From an uncultured bacterium (GTDB lineage Bacteria > Omnitrophota > Gorgyraeia > Zapsychrales > Aceulaceae): a DNA stretch of 64,000 nt. Shown piece after piece: positions 21,129-33,900 of the stretch. Location of the stretch: NCBI GenBank assembly GCA_937930175.1, contig CALGLP010000015.1, forward strand, positions 132,174 through 196,173. Reading direction: 5' to 3'. The position numbers and the translations under genes were made by a program. The stretch's first letter is position 1. Every line of letters begins with the position of its first letter. The notes under the pieces were generated by a model. The model made no database searches. It worked only from the letters and a program-made list of their open reading frames with translations, and had not been told where the DNA came from.

Positions 21129-21863
21129 TTATGTTATACTTGCAATTTCTTTTAAGATCTCTTGAGCCGCACTCAAAGGATTTTTCGCTTTCACAATGGG
21201 ACGGCCAACAACGAGATAATGACTTCCGCTCTGGACGGCCAAACTTGGCGTAGCCACACGCTTTTGATCGCCAACATCCGCATCCAAAGGACGGATCCCT
21301 GGCGTAACAATAATAAAGTCGGATCCACATTCTTTGCGGATCATTGGCGCCTCCTGCACCGACGCCACGACGCCATCAAGCCCAACTTTCTTGGCTAAAA
21401 GGGCGCGCTTCAAAACAAGAAGCTGTATATTATCCCCACTGCCTTCACTTGTCAAGACTGTTATCCCCAAGGACAGAGGCCTCCGCAACCCTGTTTCTTG
21501 CGCTGTCTTCTGAGCCGCCTCAAGGGCACGCGCAAGCATTTCTTCGCCGCCAGCAATATGCATTGTATACATCAAAATGCTCTTATCTCCTTGACCGCTA
21601 ATACGCCCAGCCGTGAGCGCTTTAACCGCAGCCTGCACAGCATTGGCCACAGTATTTGGAATATCGTGATATTTTAAATCCAAAAAGACTTCCTTTTGCC
21701 GCGCTTCAATAAAACGCACCACCACAGGACCACAGGAGGTAAAAAGCTGGCTCCCTACTTTAAAAATATCAACCGCCGATGACAGAGTGTCGATCAACAC
21801 CCTGGCTTCTTCAAAAGTTTCCACATCAAGAGCCACAATAAGCTTTGGTTTTAAATTTGCCAT
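21129..21863 (-). CDS. pyrF: Orotidine 5'-phosphate decarboxylase
   Basis: 244 aa; DLKYHDIPNTV and PGIRP motifs. Confidence 0.9.
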   Translation of the reverse strand: MANLKPKLIVALDVETFEEARVLIDTLSSAVDIFKVGSQLFTSCGPVVVRFIEARQKEVFLDLKYHDIPNTVANAVQAAVKALTAGRISGQGDKSILMYTMHIAGGEEMLARALEAAQKTAQETGLRRPLSLGITVLTSEGSGDNIQLLVLKRALLAKKVGLDGVVASVQEAPMIRKECGSDFIIVTPGIRPLDADVGDQKRVATPSLAVQSGSHYLVVGRPIVKAKNPLSAAQEILKEIASIT

Positions 21864-21864
21864 A

Positions 21865-22773
21865 TTATATTTTTAAACTCCCGATCAATTTGTGAATATC
21901 AGACATTTTATGCGCCTTCATGTACTTTTTAATCCCTTCCAAGATCTCTAAAGGAGCCTTAGGATTAATGAAACTGGCTGTCCCGATCGCCACCATTGTG
22001 GCTCCAGTAATTAAAAACTCTAGGGCATCCTCTGCGCTCATGATGCCGCCCATAGCAAGAATAGGGATCTGGACGCGCCTTTTCACGTCATAAACCATTT
22101 TTAACGCTATTGGCTTAATTGCCGGGCCGCTTAAGCCTCCGGTGATATTTCCTAAAACGGGTTTACGCCTTTGAATATCAACAGCCATGGCCATAAAGGT
22201 ATTGACCAGGCTCACCGCATCGGCACCAGCGTCTTGGGCGGCTAAAGCTATTTCAGAGATATCCGTCACGTTAGGTGAAAGCTTCGCAATAAGAGGTTTC
22301 GTCACAGCCCCTCTGATCTGGCGCACTAACTCTGCAGTGGCGGCTGCGTCTTGAGCAATCAGTTTCTTATTGGCTAAATTTGGACACGAAAGATTAAGCT
22401 CGATCGCGCTCACGCTCGCCTTGGCATCCAAGGCCTTGGCAAGAATCATAAACTCATCATTGCTGGACGCTGAAATACTGACGATCAAAGGGATCCCCAA
22501 CGACTCTAAAGAAGAAAGCTTATTTTGAAGAAAATAATCCAACCCTTCATTCTCAATGCCGATGGCATTGATCATGCCAGATGCCGTTTCAACAATCCTA
22601 GGCAATGGATTGCCTACGCGCTTTTTTAATGTTATTGTTTTTGGAACAAAAGCTCCTAGCTTCTTAAGATCGCTAGCCTTCGTATATGGCTTGACATAAC
22701 CAAAGGTTCCCGACGCGATGGTCACAGGATTTTTAAACTGTATGTTTCCAATTTTGACAGCAAGATTTATCAT
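21865..22773 (-). CDS. pyrD: Dihydroorotate dehydrogenase catalytic subunit (class 1B)
   Basis: 302 aa; TIM-barrel DHOD pattern (NPVTIASGTFGY, SNDEF...). Confidence 0.9.
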   Translation of the reverse strand: MINLAVKIGNIQFKNPVTIASGTFGYVKPYTKASDLKKLGAFVPKTITLKKRVGNPLPRIVETASGMINAIGIENEGLDYFLQNKLSSLESLGIPLIVSISASSNDEFMILAKALDAKASVSAIELNLSCPNLANKKLIAQDAAATAELVRQIRGAVTKPLIAKLSPNVTDISEIALAAQDAGADAVSLVNTFMAMAVDIQRRKPVLGNITGGLSGPAIKPIALKMVYDVKRRVQIPILAMGGIMSAEDALEFLITGATMVAIGTASFINPKAPLEILEGIKKYMKAHKMSDIHKLIGSLKI

Positions 22774-23129
22774 TTTAAAAATACCATTCTCAATCCTAAG
22801 ACAACTAAAAAAATCCCAAAGGCGCGCTTGAGCTCTGGCCCGGGCAAACCTTGGATCATGTCCGCGCCCAGATAAGCCCCGAACACAAAACCCAGGGCCA
22901 CAAAAAGGGCCACCGTGAAATTAACATGCCCGGCTTGATAATATCGCCAGACTGCCAAGATGCCAATCGGTGGAAGAAGAATGGCGAGACATGTCCCTTG
23001 CGCCTGATGTTGTGTCATACCAACAAAATACGTTAACGCTGGAATCATAATCGCGCCACCACCAATCCCAAAAAGTCCGCTAAAAATGCCTCCAATCAAA
23101 CCCACCAGAATATAAATAAAATACTGCAT
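22770..23129 (-). CDS. Half-size TSUP (TauE/SafE) family membrane protein
   Basis: 119 aa, 4 TM; GLFGIGGGAIMIPAL motif; embedded between pyrK and pyrD. Confidence 0.7.
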   Translation of the reverse strand: MQYFIYILVGLIGGIFSGLFGIGGGAIMIPALTYFVGMTQHQAQGTCLAILLPPIGILAVWRYYQAGHVNFTVALFVALGFVFGAYLGADMIQGLPGPELKRAFGIFLVVLGLRMVFLK

Positions 23130-23144
23130 CTAGATCCCCTCCCG

Positions 23145-23912
23145 CTAAAAAATAATATCACTTAAATCAAACACAGGCCCATCATGACAAACCGTCTTGT
23201 ATCCATGGGTCGTCTTCGTAGAGCATCCCAGGCACGCGCCAACGCCACAGGCCATGACCTCTTCTAGCGATGCCTGACCCTCAAGATGTTTTTCTTTAGC
23301 AAAAGCTTGGACGCAGGCCAGCATCGGCCTTGGCCCGCAAGTATAAAGATAAGTCGACATATCACGCTTGATCTTAGGAAAAAGAACTGACACCCATCCC
23401 TTGGCACCAATGCTACCGTCATCGGTTGCGACATGCACTTGACAGCCATTCTCTTTAAAATCCTTCATCGGAAAAATCTGCGCCTTGCTTCTTGCCCCAT
23501 ACAAAAGAATAAGCTTATAATTTTTCTTCTTTAAAATATCTGTCAGCGCTAAAAATGGCGCAACGCCCACGCCTCCGGCAATCAAAACGACTTGCTTTAC
23601 GTTTTTAGGCGGTAACGTAAAGGGCGTCCCTAAAGGCCCCAAACAATCAACGCGCTCACCCTTTTTCTTTTCAGAAAGCATCCGGGTCCCTGCGCCCACA
23701 ATATCATAGAGAATATCCACGGTTTTTAAGGCACGATAAATACTAAAGGGGCGCCTCAAAAAAGGCTTTAAACCATCATTGACACGGATGTGCATAAATT
23801 GACCGGGTAGAACCTTGCGCACTAGCGTCGGGGCATCAAGCGAAAGCTGATACAGCGTCCCCGCAACTTTTTTGTTGGCAACAATCGTGTATTTTTGTTG
23901 AAAGTCTATCAT
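23145..23912 (-). CDS. pyrK: Dihydroorotate dehydrogenase electron-transfer subunit
   Basis: 255 aa; FNR-like FAD/NAD fold plus C-terminal CGVGACLGC 2Fe-2S motif. Confidence 0.85.
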   Translation of the reverse strand: MIDFQQKYTIVANKKVAGTLYQLSLDAPTLVRKVLPGQFMHIRVNDGLKPFLRRPFSIYRALKTVDILYDIVGAGTRMLSEKKKGERVDCLGPLGTPFTLPPKNVKQVVLIAGGVGVAPFLALTDILKKKNYKLILLYGARSKAQIFPMKDFKENGCQVHVATDDGSIGAKGWVSVLFPKIKRDMSTYLYTCGPRPMLACVQAFAKEKHLEGQASLEEVMACGVGACLGCSTKTTHGYKTVCHDGPVFDLSDIIF

Positions 23913-24586
23913 AAGTTAAATCGATAGCGGAAAACAAGTCCAAGGGCAAAAACAAGAATAGCAGCGAAAAAAACATAAAAGACACGCGCAAAATCAATGA
24001 CCGAATGCATCGCATAGCCCTGGAGAAGCTCAAGGACAAAAGCCAACGCTGGCCACCCCAAAAGCCCTAGACGCTCCTTAGTGCTCCAGCACATCTTCCA
24101 AGGGAAGATCTTTGTCGCCTTCAGATTGATCAACGCCTTTAAGGTTGGAAAAAACCGTGGCGTCGTCTGGCAATATTTTTCATACTTTGCGCCAAAAAGT
24201 TTTTTAAGATGCGCCTCCTCCTTAACCATCTGCACATTAAACCTGACAAAAAAAAGCACGGAAAAAATAATCAAAAACCACCATGGCCAGACCACAAGAA
24301 CAAATCCTGCGCCAATCAAATACGTTCCCAAATACATTGGATTTCTCGTCAAGGTGTAGAGCCCATCGACAACCAAATCTTGTCCTTTTTGAGAAAATTC
24401 TTTCTTGTATCCACGGGCGGCCATGCGCAAATACGTTCCCTTAAGAATCAAGATCATTCCCACAAAATTTAACAGATTGTCCCAAAAAATATTTTGTGTA
24501 TAAAGAATAGAGAAAAAATACAGAAATCCCGTCAAAACAATAGTCAAGACCATCATGGTACCATCTATTTTAATGCGCTGTTTCAT
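23909..24586 (-). CDS. Isoprenylcysteine carboxyl methyltransferase (ICMT/PEMT)-family membrane methyltransferase
   Basis: 225 aa; multi-TM with TRNPMYLG hallmark; embedded in pyr operon. Confidence 0.75.
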   Translation of the reverse strand: MKQRIKIDGTMMVLTIVLTGFLYFFSILYTQNIFWDNLLNFVGMILILKGTYLRMAARGYKKEFSQKGQDLVVDGLYTLTRNPMYLGTYLIGAGFVLVVWPWWFLIIFSVLFFVRFNVQMVKEEAHLKKLFGAKYEKYCQTTPRFFPTLKALINLKATKIFPWKMCWSTKERLGLLGWPALAFVLELLQGYAMHSVIDFARVFYVFFAAILVFALGLVFRYRFNL

Positions 24587-24744
24587 CTCAAAATCCGCCT
24601 TTTCTTTATTTCATCCAAGAATTACTTTATGTTTGCTTTAAAACATCTTTGTTTTTATCATACCATCAATTGTCTGATTTCCTAAATCAATTGCAGGAGG
24701 TTTTCCTGCTGGCAGCATCTTCCCAATCAAACATTCCAAGGATA

Positions 24745-26016
24745 TTAGGCCTGGTAAACAATCTTTCCGTTGCACATTGTAAAGACAATGGATCCTTTTA
24801 ATTTTTCTCCGATAAAAGGAGAGTTTTTAGACTTGGACACGATCTGTTCTTTGGTGAAGATCCATTCTTTCTTGGGGTCAACCAAAACCAAATCCGCGTC
24901 TTTGCCTTCCGCGATCTCTCCCTTATGGTCAAGGCCAAGGATCTTCGCCGGCATGGATGACATCTTTTCTGCCAAGGTGCTCCAAGTAATATGCTTAGGT
25001 TCAACCAATTCGCGCACAGCAAGACCCAGCGCGGTTTCAAAACCAATCATGCCAACCGGAGCTGCGTCAAACTCCAATTCTTTCTCCTCCTGGGCATGCG
25101 GCGCGTGATCCGTTGAAATAGCGTCGAGTGTCCCATCTTTAAGCGCAAGCTTGATCGCCTCCACATCTTCCCTCGAACGTAGCGGCGGATTGACCTTGGT
25201 GTTGGTATCAAAACCCTGCACGGCTTTTTCCGTCAACGAAAAATGATGTGGGCACGCCTCGGCAGTAACCTGAAGGCCTTGCGCCTTGGCCTCGCGGATC
25301 AATTCGACCGATCGCCGTGAACTAATATGTGAAAAATGGATCCTTGTTTTTAAATACCGTGCAAGCTCAATATCCCGGGCCACAATAATCGTCTCCGCGA
25401 TATCAGGAATACCTTTTAAGCCCAACAGGGTTGAATAATAGCCTTCATTCATCATCCCCTTGGAAATGGTCGCATCTTCGCAATGCTCCATCAAAAGAAT
25501 TTCCGCCATCTTGGCGTATTCCAAGGCATAACGCATCAACTGGCTGTTTTGAACACTTTTTCCGTCGTCAGACAAGGCAATACACCCGGCAGCTTTAAGC
25601 TCAAGCATGTCTGAAAGCTCTTCGCCTTTTTGTCCCCTCGTAATCGCACCCGCAGGAAAAACATGGATCAGACCAATACGCTTAACTTCTTTTAAGATCC
25701 CCTCAACAATTTTCGCATGATCGATGACAGGGTTGGTGTTAGGCATACACACAACCGAAGTAAAGCCTCCCTTGGCCGCTGAATGAATACCGGTCTCAAG
25801 GGTTTCCTTGTGCTCTTGCCCTGGCTCGCGCAGGTGGCAATGCAGGTCAATGAAGCCCGGTAAAAGATAGTGTTCATTGGCTTCAATAACCTTAGCGTCG
25901 GGATTAGAGATCTTGCCGATCTTGACAATGACGCCTTTATCGATCAACACATCCTGAGGCTCCTTGCTAATCCCCTTGCTATTGACGATGATGGCTTTTT
26001 CAATAAGAGTGAGCAT
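24745..26016 (-). CDS. pyrC: Dihydroorotase
   Basis: Start at MLTLIEK (GAAGGAA RBS, 25 nt after pyrB stop); DLHCHLREPG metal-binding motif. Confidence 0.85.
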   Translation of the reverse strand: MLTLIEKAIIVNSKGISKEPQDVLIDKGVIVKIGKISNPDAKVIEANEHYLLPGFIDLHCHLREPGQEHKETLETGIHSAAKGGFTSVVCMPNTNPVIDHAKIVEGILKEVKRIGLIHVFPAGAITRGQKGEELSDMLELKAAGCIALSDDGKSVQNSQLMRYALEYAKMAEILLMEHCEDATISKGMMNEGYYSTLLGLKGIPDIAETIIVARDIELARYLKTRIHFSHISSRRSVELIREAKAQGLQVTAEACPHHFSLTEKAVQGFDTNTKVNPPLRSREDVEAIKLALKDGTLDAISTDHAPHAQEEKELEFDAAPVGMIGFETALGLAVRELVEPKHITWSTLAEKMSSMPAKILGLDHKGEIAEGKDADLVLVDPKKEWIFTKEQIVSKSKNSPFIGEKLKGSIVFTMCNGKIVYQA

Positions 26017-26041
26017 ACATTCATTCCTTCGTTTGTTCGTT

Positions 26042-27720
<1,679 letters not shown>

Positions 27721-27751
27721 TTGACTTAAAGGTTACTTACTTTTATTGGCA

Positions 27752-27780
27752 AATATAGCACCCGAACATAACGTTGTCAA
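27752..27780 (-). promoter_or_regulatory. Sigma70-type promoter of pyr operon (TTGACA-17-TATATT)
   Basis: Consensus -35, 17-nt spacer, near-consensus -10, ~220 nt upstream of pyrR ATG. Confidence 0.55.
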
Positions 27781-27914
27781 GGACTAGACGTACTAGGAAA
27801 AAAAGCAGCAGAGGATCGAAGATAGAAAATGGATGTTAGAAAAGTCAGAAACAAAGAAGAATAATGAGAAACTTTTATCAGATTTTGCCATGCTTTCTTT
27901 CTGTCCTCTCCCCT

Positions 27915-30900
27915 CTAACTTCCAACTTCTAACTTCTCTTTTTCTTCAAAACCCAAAAGCGCATTAAAGCTTGTGATCGGCGCTGCCTCAAGGCCTCCTA
28001 CCTTTGAATATTGCTCAGCCCTAGGCACTCCGCTATCTGTTAAGAATTGACCAAAATTCATAGGAACGATGCCAGTAATCACCGGCACAAAGCCCGGGAT
28101 GTTTTCTAAGTCCACCCCCTGCCATTCAGGCGGAAGGTTAAATTGAATCGGCGAGGAGCCCGTACGCTTAAGCTCAAGGTTGGCGGAGTTGAGGTCGATG
28201 CCGCCTTTGAGAAAATCGCTATTAGTACCAGCCTTACCGGTATCAACCCCATCCGGAGCTGCAACATCAAGAACAATCTCATCCGGTAAGTCAGGAAGAA
28301 ATTCTTTAGGGGCGACAGAAGCTGGCTCCATTTCTCCTGCATCGGCTTGATTTGGCTGATCCATTGATGAATCTGCAAGCTCTAAGGGATTCAGATGATG
28401 GCCATGCACACCAACATCTTGATACCATTGCTTATATTGCGCAAGCGTGAATTCATGCTCAAGCAAGGCTTTTTGTTGAGATAACAGCGCAAAAACAATG
28501 CCCCTTTCTTTGTACGCTTCATTAAACTGATCAACCAATTCTTGAGTCAAATAGGCATCATTGAGAAGAACATATTTGATTCCATTGGAGAAATCATCAG
28601 CACCTTTTTCAGCCAAAATGACCGCAACGCCATCCTTATACGCCGTTCCGCTTGCAGTGCCAACACCTGCCCCTGCTCCAGCCCGATCCTCATCTCGAAT
28701 CTCAAACGGAGCTGTATAAAATGTCTTTTCTGAAGATATCCCGTTATTTAATAAATTAAGCAAGCCATCCATCATGTCGGTTGCGCTCCCCTTAGCAATT
28801 CCATGCGCTTGATATTGTCTGCCAATCTCAGGGTCAACTTTTTCAAAAGTAAATTTCTCATCCGGCATTAAACCATGACTAACTAAAAAGGCAGTATCTG
28901 CAGAGCCTTTTTTCCCATGAAATCCCTTCACGTCTTCCACAGACGTTATGCCGAGAAAAGCTTCCTCCTCCAAAGAAGATGCCTCATCGGAGATATAACC
29001 CAAAGCTGAGAAATGTTCTTCTTTTATTCCTTTCCGAATCAAATCAAGAATAATCGCGTTTAGCCTTACCCGAAGATCTGCCTGCGCAACCTGATCATTC
29101 ATCTCAAATGCCCCTTCGCTCAATAAAGCATCAAGCAAAGTAGACATAGCATTATCATAATAACTGAACAATCGTTGACGAGCTTCAAAGCTGCTCTTAA
29201 CAAAGGCTTGAAAATCCTCACTTACCTGAGAAGCTAGAAAAAGATCAAAGTCATCATACTCATCCTCTGCAGCATCCATCATGTTGATAAATTCATCAAC
29301 GCGCTGCAATCGAACAGCATCATCCTCTCTACCGGTGATTATTTTATTAATGATCTTGAGCTTAATTGGATAAAGATGCTCTTGAGGTGATGTTTCTGTT
29401 TCCGATAGCATCTTTTTGATAATACTCCATCTGTCGCCCAATAAACTTTCAAGCAAAGATTCATCACCTTTTTTCAAAAACTCCATTACGGCGGCATTAG
29501 CTTTTTTATCATCATAAGAAGAAAATATTGTCGATATCTTATTTAAAAATGCTCGCTCTTCTTGATAAATCTCAGATGAGAACAGGCCTTCCAAGCCCTC
29601 TCTCTTGTAAATATACTTCATACCCGTGTTAAAATATTTCTGAAAAAGATCTTCATTTCTTTGAACAATCTCACGCTGAATCTCAAGGCTTCGTTTCTCC
29701 ACCCAGGCCTCTTCCAGGATTCTTCTCATTTCAAAAAACTTTGCTGCAGCAGCTTCTCTAAAGCCATCAAAAAGACTATGCAAATTTTCATGAATAATTA
29801 TTTCTATAATACGAAGAATATTTTTAGAATCAGTAACAACAACATCAACCAACCCCGTACTATTACCGTCAGTAAGCAACAAGTGATAACCTTCAATCCT
29901 GCTATGAAACCCCGAGTCTAAAAGATGATTGACCCATGACGATCTTGGAACGAAAAGAATGCTAGAGGGATTAACGTTGAGATCGGGGTACCTGGAGGCT
30001 TCATTCTTGAAGATTTCAAGAGCTCCTTTCTGCCGATCAGATAGCTGATCGTAAGGCAAGGCTCCCCCTTCAACCTCCTTAAGTGCTTCAATAAATCCAG
30101 ACAAAGTCCCGTCCTTCCAATGCTGCCTAAGCTTTGCTAAATGGCCTTCTTCATCAATGCGTGAATAGCTATCCATTCGCTGGTCAATATTAATGATCCC
30201 GGAGGAGGCTTGAGTTTCAACTTCATCTACAATAGAATTTGGATCATTAAATCCAGCTTGAATCGCTTGAGAATCAAAAAATTCTTCTCGTGAAGCCGCA
30301 TCACTAGTTTGATCTTCGAAATCAAGCGCTAATCCCAAGAGACGCACCCAGCCATTTTCCGTCATTGAGTTCATTAAATTATCAGATTCACCGATAGCTG
30401 CTCCGATATCAATAATTTTCAATTTTCTCCGGGCTGCTTCTAAATCTTGGAAGCGTCCCTGTTCATCAAAACCCATATCGCGTATTTTCAATAAGACGCT
30501 CTCTACTGAATACTTTTCCTGCACTTCCCTTAATGACTTAGCCGGCCTCGGTGTTCCTCTATCGTCTTCAGCATCCATCTGCATGACAATCTGCTCTGTC
30601 CCAACTCCTCTCAAGCCGCCTTCATATCTTTTATAAACCCCATCATTTTTAAATAACATTTTTAATGTTCTGATCGTTGACAAGATAAATTGCTCTCCCG
30701 CCTTTTGGTCCCCCGGGGATAGGCCAGAAAGCAGATATTCCATATTTTCAACAAATTTCTTTGCATACCGAGGCCCGTCATTGTGCTTTTCGATATTATA
30801 AAAGACAACATCGACAGATAAGACAGGATTATTCTGATCCGCACCCTCAAAGACTCCAACCGTAATGCGTGAATACCCTTGCTCTGGCCTAAAGTCGGTC

Positions 30901-33900
30901 GTAAAGGGGCGCACAGAATATTGCCTTGATTTCTCGCTAAATAATTCTTTAAATATTTCACTCTCCTCCAATGCTTTCGCATACTTTATTTGAAATTCTG
31001 ATAGCTGACCATTCACAGGTAAATCCCCATCAACATAAACCATAAGATCTAAATCCTCGCTTAGGCCATCAAACTTCTCTTGATATGTTCCGCGAATAGA
31101 TGAGCCGGAGTCCATAACGCTACGTGCAGTAATGCCTGAACCTTCTAAAAGATTCTCTGTCATCTCCTCCAAGGCTTTTGACAAGCGCTGAACATCCTGC
31201 CATCTTGTCAAATAAGGAACAGCTTTGTACTTTTGCACTTGATATTCTGCGAGATCATCAATGACGCGATTAATGCCAAGAACCTTCACGGCACCCCGGC
31301 CAACGCTATCGCACTTAAATCCATCACTCGATCCCAAATCACGAAAACCTTTGGGCATTCTACTGATAAGAACACTTTCGGTCTTTTCCATCATCTCTCT
31401 CATCTCTTTCAGCCCCTCAGCGGCTGTTTTTCCATTATAATAGTAAATTTTATTAGGGGGCTTCCATTGGGGGTATTGGGTCTGGATTTCATGCATCAAA
31501 TCTTGGATGACCTTTTTCGAGGACATAGGCGCCAGAAAAACACCGGAACCAAGAGGAATCGCATGGCTCGAGTCATCCTTGCGCGCGGTAAATCCACCCA
31601 CAGGCCAATCGTTCTTCTCTAAAAGTGGGTTTAATAAAAAAGATTTGTTTTCTAAAAGAATCTCTATGGGGGTTACATAAGCAAAAGATGCCGATTTATA
31701 CGTAACGGCTTGATTAACAGAGAAATGCACAAATTCCGTTCCTATCAAAGAACGAACCTTGCCTTCTTTTAGTAAGCTATCAAAAGCATTTTCATCGTTC
31801 AGGGTCTTCAAAATATTCGCAGGCAAAAGATATCCAGACATCAATACAGCTTTGACAAGATCAAGATTGTCATTGATCTGATGCATGGCTAAATTGCCAG
31901 ACAAGCCTTCTTGAGATAAAAATGTTTCAACATTATCAATCTTAGAGACTGACTTAAATGAAAACTTCTGTGCCTGATTCGGATCAGTCTTGTAGGCGGA
32001 CTCAAAGCTTGGGATAACCCGGCTGGAAAATTTATTTAATGTCATAAAATCTTGTCGATATCCTGGAATGCGGAATTTGTGTTTTGTCAAAACCTGCCTC
32101 AACATAGACTCTGTAAAGAATTCCTCGCTTAGGTTTTGAACAATACTATTATAAATTTCTTGGTTAAACCCTAAATTTTTATTGATGAGCTCATCTGCCA
32201 ATTGCTCGGCAAGATGTATGTTAGCCCCTTGAGAATCACTAATTTTTTTTCGGTCAGTTAGCTCTCTAATGAACGATAAAAATATCTGAGAATAAAAACT
32301 TTTCCGGTGGTTAAGATTATTTTCAATTCCCTCTTCCAGAAGAGCATTAACGAATGGCGCCTGGAGCTCAAACGTAGATATCTTGCTTAGAGAATCGATA
32401 ATTTCAAAAATTAGCTTCTTGGCAGATAACTCAGGAAAGTGGCTATAGATTGCCAAAAGGGTTGATACAACATCATCGGCAACTATATTTTCTGCTGAAT
32501 TATTCAATTGGTAAATAAGGTCACTAAAATATTTTGAAAACATATCGATCTGATTTTTGGTCAATATAATTTTATTTGAATAGTTTAATTTATTAAAAAA
32601 TAGCTTTAACAAAGCATTGCGGGCTTTATCTGGAATTCCAGGGTCTTGAATATACTGAATAAACTCTTCTTTTTGCTGCAATGTTGCATCAGGCAAATAC
32701 TGGCTATTGTTCATAAGCTCTGCCATAGATGCCCGTGTCACGGGAGAAGTTCCGGGATCCAAAATGAAATCAAAGATTTGACTATCGTATTCAAGCCCAA
32801 TATAACCCTTCTTCACAAAAGAATCCGCTAAGGATCCTCGAAATGAGTCTGGGGACTTTTTATCCAGCATTATCTCGCAAACTTTCTTTGTTATTCTGTC
32901 GTGCCTAGAATCTTTTGCTAATTGACATAAAACGTTTTCTAAACTTTTCCGTAGATCAGCAGATATTTCTTTGTCTAATTCTTCTATAATTTGATCGAAA
33001 ATCTCATAATCTTGCTCTATCGATTCACTCAATACCGTCTCAAAAGCACTTCGCGCATCGATTTTCACATCGTTTCTTGCTAAAATATTCATGACAAAAT
33101 GAATATTTTCGTACGTTGGCATGGGGTCATAATAATACCCCCGATTTGAAACAAAAAGGGTGATTGCTTTGGCTAAAATCAGTTGAGCCTCAAAATCCAT
33201 TGGATCAACTTGCTCAAGCTCAGCGAAAGCCTGCTCAATCAGAAATTTATTTTTGGGATATCTGACGAGAGAATTGAAGTGGTCCCGTGCATCGCGAGAT
33301 AGCGCAGGAACGCCTTTTGCAAATGCTTTAAAGTCCTCCAAGGTCAGCGGTTTTTCTTTTCCATATGCACCTACCTGGAAATAATAAGCGTTAACAATCG
33401 CATTATGCAAAGGAGGTGAATCGATCTTGAGCATTTCGGAATATGCTTGTGGAAAAAGACTTGAGTCACCTTGAAAGACTACGGTGAAAATGGACGTTAA
33501 ACTTTCTTCTCCTTGATCAGGTTGTTGCGCATATAGCTGAACAATCTCAGGCAATAAGGCTGGGTCCCGCAAAGCGCTCATGCCTACGGCAGCAGCCCAA
33601 AACCCTCCCAGCTCATAAACGGAAGGCTTGGTCTGTCCTAACGCTAATATTTTTTCACGCGTTAATTTGAAATCTTGATTGGCAACGACAATTTCTGTTA
33701 ATTTTCCTAGAATGTCTCTTGTTTCGTATTTGCCTTGGGTTCGAAGGCCAACTCCCGATGGACTCATTTTACTTGACCCATCTTGGAAGTTAATGCGAAC
33801 CCTATCTTTATTTGACTGAACAATAAGATCATCTCCCTCTACAATAATTTTTACATCCTTGGCTTGCGCGAGGCGGTCAAGGAGCTTTTTCTCAAGCTTT

